A stretch of DNA of 64,000 nt from an uncultured virus (IMG/VR IMGVR_UViG_3300042397_001164) (Duplodnaviria; Heunggongvirae; Uroviricota; Caudoviricetes; Crassvirales), in the IMG/VR virus record IMGVR_UViG_3300042397_001164. One strand, given 5' to 3'. Below are positions 16,077-26,100 of the stretch, piece by piece. Each line of letters starts with the position of its first letter. Within the stretch, counting starts at the first letter, position 1. Made by a program: the position numbers and the translations under genes. The notes beneath the pieces are model-generated. The model was not told where the DNA came from. It did no database searches and was given only the letters and a program-made list of their open reading frames with translations.

Positions 16077-17417
16077 ATGCCAACTAGCTTTCAATTTTTC
16101 AAACAAGAAGTCAGGGATTACATTGTAGATAATGTAGACATAAACAAAAGAATATTAGATGTAGGGCCCGGCGTTGGAACGTACTCTGATTTACTTAAAA
16201 ACTATGGTTACTACATGGATTGCGTAGAGATATACGAACCCTATGTTGTTAATTATCAATTGGAAAAGAAGTATAACTATGTCTTTATGCAAAGTGTAGT
16301 TGGCTTTAATTTTGATTATTACGAGTTTATTATCATGGGTGATGTGCTGGAGCATTTGTCTGTGGAAGATGCCCAAAGCATAATCAAAAAGATAGTAACC
16401 AGTGGTAAGCAGTGCTTGGTGGCAGTTCCTTATCTTATGGAACAGGGGGAGCATGAAGGCAATGCCCATGAAACCCATTTGCAGCCTGATTTAACTCCGG
16501 AGGTTATGGAAACCAGATACCCAGAACTTCAATTACTTTATGCTAACCAGTACTATGGCTACTATGTAAACAAGAAACAAAAGCATAAGAAAGCTTATTT
16601 GTTATATGCAGATGAATCTTATGCCGACTTGGTTCAAGTATGCGTTGAATCAATCCGTAAGTTCAGTGAGATACCAATCCTAGTTTACATGCTTAACTCT
16701 GATAAAAAGATTAATGATACGGAAACAATAAGATGGGATTGTGATGTAAAGCACCTGAAACAAAGGTCCGACTACATTGATAGATCCAATAAAAGCATCT
16801 ACAAATTACTTATACAAAGACCTTTAATAACCAAACATGCACTTGAAAACTATGCTGAAACGATTGCGTATGTGGATTCTGACTCTGTGGCTAGTCCATT
16901 TGTTGACAACATCTTTACTTTCTATAATGAAGAATCTAGTCACCCCTATTTTACAGAAGGTATCTATGAATATCTTATGGTCAATGGTAGAGGCGGCGCT
17001 GAAAGTAGGGCGGATTTAAGCACTACATTAGAAGCACCAGCCTGTGAGCTATTTAACATAAACCAGTATGTCCGTAACAGATATAGGCAAACAGGATATT
17101 ATGTTGCAGGCCAAAATACTATTGAATTTTTAGATGAATGGTATTGGATGTGCAACCACCCTAAAGTATTAAAGAACCACAATTATTACGCACCCTTCCA
17201 TGAAGAAACCATACTTCAAGCCCTTCTATATAAGCGTATGACGTTTTCCGGATTACCATACTGCTACATCAATGGACTACATAAAGACCTAGAATTTACT
17301 GGTCGTGATAACTTAATAGGACCATGGATTAAAGTACCTTCACATAAAGAACATCTCCTGTTCTATCATGGAGAAAAGAACATTGAAAAGATTAAAGAAT
17401 TTATAGAAACACTATGA
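16077..17417 (+). CDS. Class I SAM methyltransferase fused to a GT-A glycosyltransferase
   Basis: ILDVGPGVG and GDVLEHL in the N-half; IAYVDSDS (DxD), EFLDEWY and HEETIL in the C-half. Confidence 0.75.
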   Translation: MPTSFQFFKQEVRDYIVDNVDINKRILDVGPGVGTYSDLLKNYGYYMDCVEIYEPYVVNYQLEKKYNYVFMQSVVGFNFDYYEFIIMGDVLEHLSVEDAQSIIKKIVTSGKQCLVAVPYLMEQGEHEGNAHETHLQPDLTPEVMETRYPELQLLYANQYYGYYVNKKQKHKKAYLLYADESYADLVQVCVESIRKFSEIPILVYMLNSDKKINDTETIRWDCDVKHLKQRSDYIDRSNKSIYKLLIQRPLITKHALENYAETIAYVDSDSVASPFVDNIFTFYNEESSHPYFTEGIYEYLMVNGRGGAESRADLSTTLEAPACELFNINQYVRNRYRQTGYYVAGQNTIEFLDEWYWMCNHPKVLKNHNYYAPFHEETILQALLYKRMTFSGLPYCYINGLHKDLEFTGRDNLIGPWIKVPSHKEHLLFYHGEKNIEKIKEFIETL

Positions 17418-19465
17418 GAATATTATTTTTAGCTCCGCATCTTAGCACAGGAGGTATGCCCCAGTTCCTATTGAAAAGACTTCAAGGACTGAGAAACCAT
17501 ACTAATAATGAATATTATGTGGTAGAGTATCAATGCCATAGCCTAGATTATGTGGTTCAACGTAATGCCATAAAGGATTTAGTTGGTAGTAATTTTACTA
17601 CCTTTTATGAGAATAAGATGGAGCTATTTGATGTAATAGAAAGTTTCCAACCTGATATAATCCATATAGATGAAATGTCTGAAAGATTAGATAGGGAGAT
17701 GGTAAAGAAGCTTTACAACCCAGATAGAAAGTATCGCATTGTAGAAACCTGCCATGACATTTCCTTTGATCCGAATAGCAAGTTATTCCACCCAGACCTA
17801 TATTCATTCTGTACTCCGTATCATGAAGAAACTTTTGCAGACTTGGAATCCAAGTATGTTACAATACTTTATCCAATAGAAGAAATGAATCTTACCAAGT
17901 TCAAGACTATCTGGCAAGATGAATTAGGCTTTGATAGAAACAAAAAGCATGTGTTGAATGTTGGCTTATGGACTCCGGGAAAAAATCAAGCTGAAGGAAT
18001 AGAAATAGCTCGTAAATATCCTGATATGATGTTTCACTTTGTTGGTAATCAAGCTGGGAACTTTAAGCACTATTGGGAACCATTGATGCAGAACTTACCG
18101 CCAAATGTAAAGGTATGGGGAGAACGAACAGATATTGATCACTTCATGATAGCATCAGATGTATTTATGTTTAATAGTACATGGGAATGTAACCCAATTG
18201 TACTTCGTGAAGCCATAGGTTATGGACTACCTATTGTTGCGCGAAATCTTCCGCAATATGCCGGAATGTATAATGATTATATTTACTCAATAGATACGAA
18301 CTTTGAATTAGCATCTAGCTATCCTTCTTTATACAAAATACCAACAGACAATACTACAGGTGATTTTGCAAGAGCGCATCAAGTAGCTTATGAAAAAATA
18401 TTAGAACTCCCAGCACAAGTACAAAAGGTCCGCATCTTACAAAACTTCATCAACCACCCTTACCTTGAAATAAAAGGAGAAAGTGATAGTGACTTTGATG
18501 TTAGATTATATGATGAGAATGATGTATGCCAATACCGAAATGTAATCAAAAGCAATAGCTGGGTAAGGCTCAATAGACAATACTATACCAAATGGAAAAC
18601 GTATGTATATCAAGATGGTGAGTTGATTTATGAAAACATATTAGACCTGCATGGTAAAAAAGTATTCATATCAATAGAAAGTAAAGCTTTGGGAGATACG
18701 ATTGCATGGGTTCCGTATGCTTTAGAGTTCCAAAAGGAGCATGGATGTAAAGTTGTATTGTCCACTTTTTATAATAAAATACTGGACTATCCTGAACTTG
18801 AATTATTAGAACCCGGCAGCTCTGTTAATTGTTATGCCATGTATAAGATTGGGTGGCACTATGATACCAGTAGAGAGCCAGAACTTCCAAACACAATACC
18901 ATTACAAAAGGCAGCGTCTAATATTTTGGGCTTAAAGTATACCGAAATTCGCCCCAAATTATTTACCAAGAGGAATTGCCCAGAGCATAATAAATACATC
19001 ACTATTGCCACTAATTCTACCACAGGATGTAAGTTTTGGATAAGGGATGAATGGCAGAAACTAATTAACTATTATACCGAACAAGGCTATAAGGTATACA
19101 ATGTTTCTAAAGAAATTAATCCATTTGACAATTGCCCACAGATACCAGATACATCAATGGAATCTACAATGGATTGGATATACCATAGCACTTTCTTTGT
19201 AGGGCTTAGTTCTGGACTTAGCTGGTTGGCATGGGCTTTAGGTAAGCAAGTTGTACTAATAAGCAACTTTACTGAATTTGACCATGAGTTCCTTACCAAC
19301 TGCATACGAATCACAAATGAAAAAGTATGTCATGGATGCTGGAACAAGCCAGAAATAAAATTTGATAAAGGCAATTGGAATTGGTGTCCTTACAATAAAA
19401 ACTTTGAGTGCCAGACTTCAATCACCGCAGAGATGGTAATCAATAGAATTAATCGTTATTTTTAA
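17414..19465 (+). CDS. GT4-like glycosyltransferase fused to an autotransporter heptosyltransferase (TibC/AAH, BAHT)-like domain
   Basis: N-half HLSTGG...NVG...KNQ...ECNPIVLREA (GT4); C-half ALGDTIAW, FVGLSSGLSWLAW, CHGCWN, WCP and FEC (BAHT signature with four Cys). Confidence 0.8.
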   Translation: MRILFLAPHLSTGGMPQFLLKRLQGLRNHTNNEYYVVEYQCHSLDYVVQRNAIKDLVGSNFTTFYENKMELFDVIESFQPDIIHIDEMSERLDREMVKKLYNPDRKYRIVETCHDISFDPNSKLFHPDLYSFCTPYHEETFADLESKYVTILYPIEEMNLTKFKTIWQDELGFDRNKKHVLNVGLWTPGKNQAEGIEIARKYPDMMFHFVGNQAGNFKHYWEPLMQNLPPNVKVWGERTDIDHFMIASDVFMFNSTWECNPIVLREAIGYGLPIVARNLPQYAGMYNDYIYSIDTNFELASSYPSLYKIPTDNTTGDFARAHQVAYEKILELPAQVQKVRILQNFINHPYLEIKGESDSDFDVRLYDENDVCQYRNVIKSNSWVRLNRQYYTKWKTYVYQDGELIYENILDLHGKKVFISIESKALGDTIAWVPYALEFQKEHGCKVVLSTFYNKILDYPELELLEPGSSVNCYAMYKIGWHYDTSREPELPNTIPLQKAASNILGLKYTEIRPKLFTKRNCPEHNKYITIATNSTTGCKFWIRDEWQKLINYYTEQGYKVYNVSKEINPFDNCPQIPDTSMESTMDWIYHSTFFVGLSSGLSWLAWALGKQVVLISNFTEFDHEFLTNCIRITNEKVCHGCWNKPEIKFDKGNWNWCPYNKNFECQTSITAEMVINRINRYF

Positions 19466-19661
19466 GTCCGTATTTAATCCACTTATACCATATACGCTCA
19501 TGGACGTAGTACTGAATTGGCTTATAAACCAGTTCAGCTACTCCAAAGGCTGCGCCTACTTTTACAGATCCGCTTATACCCCACATGATACCGAATCCAA
19601 TGGCAGTACTTAGTATTCTATAACTTATTGTTTTAGCTATGTGTCTTTTGGCTTGTACCAT
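19449..19661 (-). CDS. DUF2061 small membrane protein
   Basis: KTISYRILST and YYVHERIW. Confidence 0.8.
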   Translation of the reverse strand: MVQAKRHIAKTISYRILSTAIGFGIMWGISGSVKVGAAFGVAELVYKPIQYYVHERIWYKWIKYGLKNND

Positions 19662-20031
19662 ACATTTCTTCTCTTATCTTGGTTGCTGAAATTTGTGCTA
19701 CTTCTGGTGGTGGTATATGCTCTATGATGTCATAGCCAACTCCTCTACCAAAGTTGACTGAAGAAATATCAGGAACAATAATAACTTGAACATTTTCATT
19801 ATCCCAATATTCTTTTGATATGTTTTCAAACACCTCTTTTGTAGTAAATGGATTTTTTTCATTAACTTCACCATCTCTAACAGCAATACACACGCGCCCT
19901 CCCTCATCTAATATTTGCTTAAACATTTGCTTATGCGCCTCATGAAGCGGCTGCCAACGTCCTATAAACAATGACCATTGACTATCCTTTCGTTCCATTG
20001 AGCTTTTAACATGTACTTTTTTATCCCACAT
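19633..20031 (-). CDS. Cytidylyltransferase-like (HxGH-superfamily) nucleotidyltransferase
   Basis: GRWQPLHEAH, NPFT, ISATKIRE. Confidence 0.8.
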   Translation of the reverse strand: MWDKKVHVKSSMERKDSQWSLFIGRWQPLHEAHKQMFKQILDEGGRVCIAVRDGEVNEKNPFTTKEVFENISKEYWDNENVQVIIVPDISSVNFGRGVGYDIIEHIPPPEVAQISATKIREEMYGTSQKTHS

Positions 20032-20440
20032 ATTGAATTATTTTAGTTATTGTTTCTTTGATAGTTAAATTATCAGTATTGATTTGCATGAAATTTTCCA
20101 ATTCTGGTTCATCAAAATCAGTAACATGGAACTCTTCTCTGCCTCTTGGCTCTGTGTATGTAAGGTATATCCATTTGACATCCGACACTAAGCTATTCAA
20201 ATAATCTCTTGCTTCTTTGTATGGATAAACTAAAGACAATACCACATCATTACCATTGTAATGTAAGTATGTTGCAATGTCACTAGCTCTGTTAAGATTA
20301 TTGATTCTACCTTGTTTACTATAATCTTTATTCTTGAACATAGTTCTCAAATGATCGCCATCAATATAATAATCAGCAGTAATTGAATTTGCTAGTGTTG
20401 TCTTGCCAGAATGTGGCTGCCCAAATAATACTATAATCAT
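20021..20440 (-). CDS. cysC: Adenylyl-sulfate (APS) kinase
   Basis: P-loop GQPHSGKTT, IDGDHLR, DYSKQGRINN, FDEP. Confidence 0.8.
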   Translation of the reverse strand: MIIVLFGQPHSGKTTLANSITADYYIDGDHLRTMFKNKDYSKQGRINNLNRASDIATYLHYNGNDVVLSLVYPYKEARDYLNSLVSDVKWIYLTYTEPRGREEFHVTDFDEPELENFMQINTDNLTIKETITKIIQYVG

Positions 20441-21255
20441 TTTGAATATCTAAATTGTTGAAAGAACCATTGATAATTATCCCATATCCAACCTGTAACA
20501 TCTTTACCTAGCAATTGCTTTGCTCTTGATGGAACTGGCTCTAACTTTGTACGAATAGTGTGGTCACCGAAGCTACCATACACTTCATCATCTTCTTTTG
20601 TTATCTGTTGGATATTATCCCAGTCATGTTGGAAATACGGAATCTCTAGGTACTGATATATTCTTTGCATCTCTGTATCAGGGTAAAGACATAAATCTTC
20701 AAACTTTACAAATAATACATGCTTATCTATACCTAATCTAAATAGTTCTTGTAATCTTTCAATAGCCAATCCTACTGGTTGTGATTGCGCCCACATATCC
20801 ACACGCTTCGGGACTGTTGTTCCTTGCATTTGAGGCCAATTAAGAATAGGATTAGCTTTGTCTGGATTCTTCCTATAATTACTTTCCATTGATGCAAATA
20901 CATCTCTTAAATCCCTAACCATGCAAATAATCTTTGGATTAGGCTGGATGAAGTTTAAGAAGTCATAATGTATGCCCCAACCTCTACTCTTATCTACTAC
21001 ATACTTTTTATCTGTGATGGCATTGTAATAAGCGTCCATACCATTTTTACAAAAGGCTTGGAAGGCTGTTTTCATTACCTCTGGATCTTGTGCTTGGAAC
21101 TCAGGAGAGTCTGTGTAATTACCTCTTGCGGCAAATACTAGCTCCAACACCCCACTCGTTGGAGTGGCATATATATCTGTATTCTGTGCTAGTATGTTTT
21201 GTAAAAGAGTTGAACCGGAACGAGGTAAGGAGCTTTGATAAAATATCTTATCCAT
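20437..21255 (-). CDS. PAPS-dependent sulfotransferase
   Basis: 5'-PSB motif LPRSGSTLL, 3'-PB motif VRDLRDVFAS, KFEDL; start set at MDKIFY (21255). Confidence 0.85.
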   Translation of the reverse strand: MDKIFYQSSLPRSGSTLLQNILAQNTDIYATPTSGVLELVFAARGNYTDSPEFQAQDPEVMKTAFQAFCKNGMDAYYNAITDKKYVVDKSRGWGIHYDFLNFIQPNPKIICMVRDLRDVFASMESNYRKNPDKANPILNWPQMQGTTVPKRVDMWAQSQPVGLAIERLQELFRLGIDKHVLFVKFEDLCLYPDTEMQRIYQYLEIPYFQHDWDNIQQITKEDDEVYGSFGDHTIRTKLEPVPSRAKQLLGKDVTGWIWDNYQWFFQQFRYSK

Positions 21256-22138
21256 TCTGTTTTTTAATTGATTCAATAATAGTGTCAATATTAAAAATTT
21301 CCTCTTCGTTATTGTATGGGAACTCTAATAAATTACCGCTGATGTCATACTTCTGTAAATAAGAATTGCGTAATTCTGGTTTCTTGGTTTCTGGATTAGC
21401 CAAGATGTTATCATGCAAATCATGACCAAATACTACAGGAGTGTTAGCTACCCAGCAAACTGTACTTGGTTTACCCATAGCCGCTGCCGCATGATGCCCA
21501 AAACTATCCATGAACAATCTCTTGCTACTTAACTCAATTAATACTGCTAATGCTCTAAAATTATCTGTTACAGGGAATGTAAAGTCATAAGATGGCTGGT
21601 CCTCCCTTTTGATGTGAATGATATTGTATTCATCCTTGAACTCTTCAATAACCTTTGTTACAACACCTGCTGGAATATCTCTAGCCCAAGAATACTTTAA
21701 CTCTTGACCTTGAGCACCTCCGTTAGTCTGTAATAAAAATATAGGTCTATCTGAAACAAACTTCTTACCAAAGAATGTTTTCTCTCTATCTGTTAAAAAT
21801 AATTCTGGAGTGGTAGATTCTGGAACATCAAAGCCAAACATCTTGCACCATGTATGTGTCAAATGTTCTGTTTGCATTAAGTGACCTGCTTCTAAATATG
21901 GATCATGTCCAAGAAACTTGAAGTCTTTATTTTCAATATAATCTTGATAGAAATAACTGGTTTGACCAAAGCCAAAGGCTCTGTCAACATAAGGATTATC
22001 CAAAAAAACTTCAGGATAACCGCTTACAACTACCAACTGGCAGTCAGGATTTTGTTTCTTGATTTGACGGCAAACAGTAGTTGCCATAACGCATTTGCCT
22101 ATGCCACCATTAATGGATAGAATTAAATTTTGCTTCAT
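21248..22138 (-). CDS. GT-B glycosyltransferase, GT9-like
   Basis: GGIGKCVMAT, EVFLDNPYVD, DSFGHHAAAAMGKPSTVCW. Confidence 0.7.
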   Translation of the reverse strand: MKQNLILSINGGIGKCVMATTVCRQIKKQNPDCQLVVVSGYPEVFLDNPYVDRAFGFGQTSYFYQDYIENKDFKFLGHDPYLEAGHLMQTEHLTHTWCKMFGFDVPESTTPELFLTDREKTFFGKKFVSDRPIFLLQTNGGAQGQELKYSWARDIPAGVVTKVIEEFKDEYNIIHIKREDQPSYDFTFPVTDNFRALAVLIELSSKRLFMDSFGHHAAAAMGKPSTVCWVANTPVVFGHDLHDNILANPETKKPELRNSYLQKYDISGNLLEFPYNNEEEIFNIDTIIESIKKQNG

Positions 22139-22163
22139 ACTTTTAGATAGTTTTTATACCACC

Positions 22164-22209
22164 CAAAAGTATGAAGTATTTATTAAATTAAAAAAATTAA
22201 TTTAATAAA
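22164..22209 (-). promoter_or_regulatory. -7 promoter element with an inverted pair of box-like sites
   Basis: TACTTTTG on - strand (22164-22171); perfect 13-bp inverted repeat TTTATTAAATTAA (22179-22191) / TTAATTTAATAAA (22197-22209). Confidence 0.65.
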
Positions 22210-22213
22210 ATTA

Positions 22214-22567
22214 TTATAGAGGAGCTACAGTAGTAGTTGTAGTAGTCGTAGTGGTTGTTGAAGCAGCCAAAACAGCAGCAGCAAGATCTAAAAACGCTGT
22301 AGTATCTAAGTCTGCATACTGCACTCTGAAACTTTGCACTCCTTGTTGGCTTGGTAACCAATCAGAGAAAAGGTCATAGAATGTGTTAATTGCATGGTAC
22401 TCTTTAGGGCCAGTATAACCTTCTGGTTTGTTTGCCCATACATCATCTACACAAGCATCTACTAGAGCTTGGAAGTCAGAAACATTTGCCTGTACGTTTT
22501 GGGTATCAGTGATTACTTGTACTGTACCAAAACCGAAAATGTGAAGTGTGTTAAATGGATTTGCCAT
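22214..22567 (-). CDS. Probable virion or fibre-associated protein with poly-Thr C-terminus
   Basis: 117 aa ending in S + poly-T + VAPL; downstream of the tail fibre gene. Confidence 0.7.
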   Translation of the reverse strand: MANPFNTLHIFGFGTVQVITDTQNVQANVSDFQALVDACVDDVWANKPEGYTGPKEYHAINTFYDLFSDWLPSQQGVQSFRVQYADLDTTAFLDLAAAVLAASTTTTTTTTTTVAPL

Positions 22568-22614
22568 TGTTTTTATTTTTTATATTTTGTAAATTTAGTA
22601 TTTTTTATTGAAAT

Positions 22615-23096
<482 letters not shown>

Positions 23097-23100
<4 letters not shown>

Positions 23101-26100
23101 GATTCATATTTTTTAAGTTTCTCCTCTAATTTGGCAAGTCTTTCTTCCATCTTCATCATTTTGTATATGTGAACTTGATGATAGTCTACGTTGTAATAAC
23201 CCTTCTCATCTGTTCTGATTGTATCTGGAAGAATTTCTTTAACATTCTGAGCAGAATATCCTATGTTAATAACACTTGCATCTCCTTCTTTCCAATTGAA
23301 ATAGATAGGGTTGATGTTATCAAAAGAACCCACTCTACAATGAATATCCTTAAGTCTTTCATCAGAAGATTCAAAATATGCTTGTGCCCACATACAAGAT
23401 ATAGCACAGAAGTTATTCCAATAGAATGTGCTTGAACAACCTCCTGTAAAACAAACACCACCACCACCTGAATATGCACCTGATACTGTAACATTTTTAC
23501 CACCTAAAATTGCAGAGTAGATTCCTGATACTGTATTGTTATTACCTCCTGCTACTGAAGAAAAACATCCTGAAGCTGTATTTGTATTTCCTCCACTAAC
23601 TGCACTTCTTGGTGCTGATGCTGTATTACTTGAACCACTTCCAACGAAACTCCAACTACCTGAAGCTATATTATTAGCTCCACCTCCTATTGCAGAACAA
23701 GCTCCTGAAGCAGCATTTAAAACACCACTTCCAACAAAAGAAAGTGTTGCACTTGCAGTGTTACTACTACCTGCTACTATTGTTGCATAGTAATTACCTG
23801 ATGCAGTATTTGCTTCTCCACCACCTACAAATCCAAAAGATGCACCACAAGCCTTATTATTAACACCACCTCCAACAAAACCTGCCGCTGCTGTTGCTCT
23901 ATTACACCAACCACCTACAATAGCAGAATGTGCTCCTGATGCAACGTTACCACACGCACCAATTGCTCCACCACCTCCAATGAACGAACAGTTCCCTGAC
24001 GCACAGTTGCAATATCCCCCTGCTATAGCTGCATAACAACCCATAGCTTTATTGCCATCTCCACCACCTACAAAACCTACAAACCCTGTACAGTTATAAT
24101 ATCCTCCACTAATTGCTCCATAACTTGAGCAAGTTGTGTTTCCAATACCTCCTGCTACTGTACTATAATTACAATTTGCTCCATTTGCTAAACCACCTCC
24201 CACAGTAGTCCATGGACCACCTGCATTATTACCTGCACCACCACCAACAGTAGTCCATTGATTTGTAGCTGTATTTACGCACCCTCCACCAACTGTAGAG
24301 AAAATTCCTGATGCTGTGTTAGCATATCCTCCACCTACAATAGAAGTACAACCACTTGCAATGTTAGCCCTACCACCGCTCACAGTTGAACAAGCCCCAA
24401 CCACAGTGTTATTTCTACCACCACCAATAGTAGCAACATAGCCACTTGCTGTGTTTTGATAACCACCACTAACAGTTGTATAAGCGTTTGTTATTGCACA
24501 GTTTTGTGCTCCTCCTGCTACTACAGAAGCTGTAAAATTCGCTGTATTAGCAGTACCTCCACTAACTACTGAATATGCCCCTGAAGCACTGTTACCACTA
24601 CCACCTGATACTGTTGCTCTATTGTTTGTAGCAGAGTTGTTATTACCTCCTCCAATAGCAGAGAGTAATGCTGAAGCCACGTTACTTATACCACCACCAA
24701 CTCTTGAAGCACAGCCTGAAGCAGTATTACTTAATCCACCACCTACAGAAGTATGTCTGAAGGTAGCAGTGTTCCCACTACCACCACTTACAGTGCTATG
24801 ATAAGCACTTGCTGTATTTCCTGCTCCTCCACCTACAGTGGAAGCATCTCCTGATGATACGTTACCCAATCCACCTGCAACTGTAGCCCAAAAGAAACAA
24901 GCTGTATTACCATTACCACCACCAACAGTTGTATTGTTACATGAAGCTACATTATTACAACCACCTCCAACTGTTGAACATGAGCCTGAAGCTGTATTGC
25001 CAAGACCACCTCCAATTGCAGAAAATCCTCCTGAAGAAGTATTTGATTGACCACCTCCTACGGTTGCTCTATCAATTGAAGCAGTGTTTAAATATCCTCC
25101 TGCTATTGTTGCTAATTTTCCGCTTACATTATTTTGAAGTCCTCCACCCAAGAATCCATATTGATTACTTACTGTGTTACATAGACCACCCACCAAAGTA
25201 GCTCCATATTGACTTACTTGGTTTGATTGTCCACCACCCAAAAATGCTATAGTTCCATTTGGATTTATAATATTACTATTACCACCTAACAAAATTGAAA
25301 AGTATCCACAGTTGATATTATTATAACCACTAAATGTTCCTGAAAATGCACAAATTGTTCTGTTTAGCTGACCACCGCCCACTACAGAACAAGCTCCTGA
25401 TGCTGTATTAGCTTCACCTCCTGCCACAGTAGAAATTTGACCTGATGCCACATTACCACTGCCACCACCTGCTGTAGCCCATGCTCCTGATGCACCATTT
25501 GATTGACCGCCCAAAGTTGCAGCACGACATCCTGTTGCACTGCTTCCATAACCACCTGCCACTACTGATATTTGACCACTTGCAAGGTTGCCATATCCAC
25601 CTGAAATTGTAGACCAAGGTGCACAAGCTGTATGTGTTCTACCACCACCTATAAAAGCATAATTTGCTGAAGCAGTACTACAATTACCGCCAACAACAAC
25701 AGAAAATCCTCCTGATGCTATGTTATTAATTCCACCTACTGCAACTGCAAATCCATTACTTACTGTGTTTGCTTGACCTCCACCAAGAAATGAACAAGCT
25801 CCTGAATTAGTGTTTTGAAAACCTCCTGTTACAACAGAACGATATGCTGATGCAGTGTTACTATCTCCACCTCCTATAAAAGACCTTGGTCCTGAAGCAG
25901 TGTTAAAATATCCACCTGAAACAGTTGAAAAGTATGCTCCTGATGCAGTGTTACACTTACCACCTCCTACAGTATTAACTCCTGAACCTGTTGCTCTGTT
26001 ACATATACCACCCGACACTATTGAAAATCCTGTTGTTGCACAGTTTGTTTGACCTCCTCCCACAAATGAACAACCACCTGAAGCTGTATTAGTTGAACCA

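Noticed and set aside
8610..22138. GT cluster as a DNA hypermodification system
   Set aside because: Not excluded, but disfavoured: no base hydroxymethylase, nucleotide-modifying enzyme or phage DNA polymerase is seen, and the recognisable GT families act on proteins or glycans.
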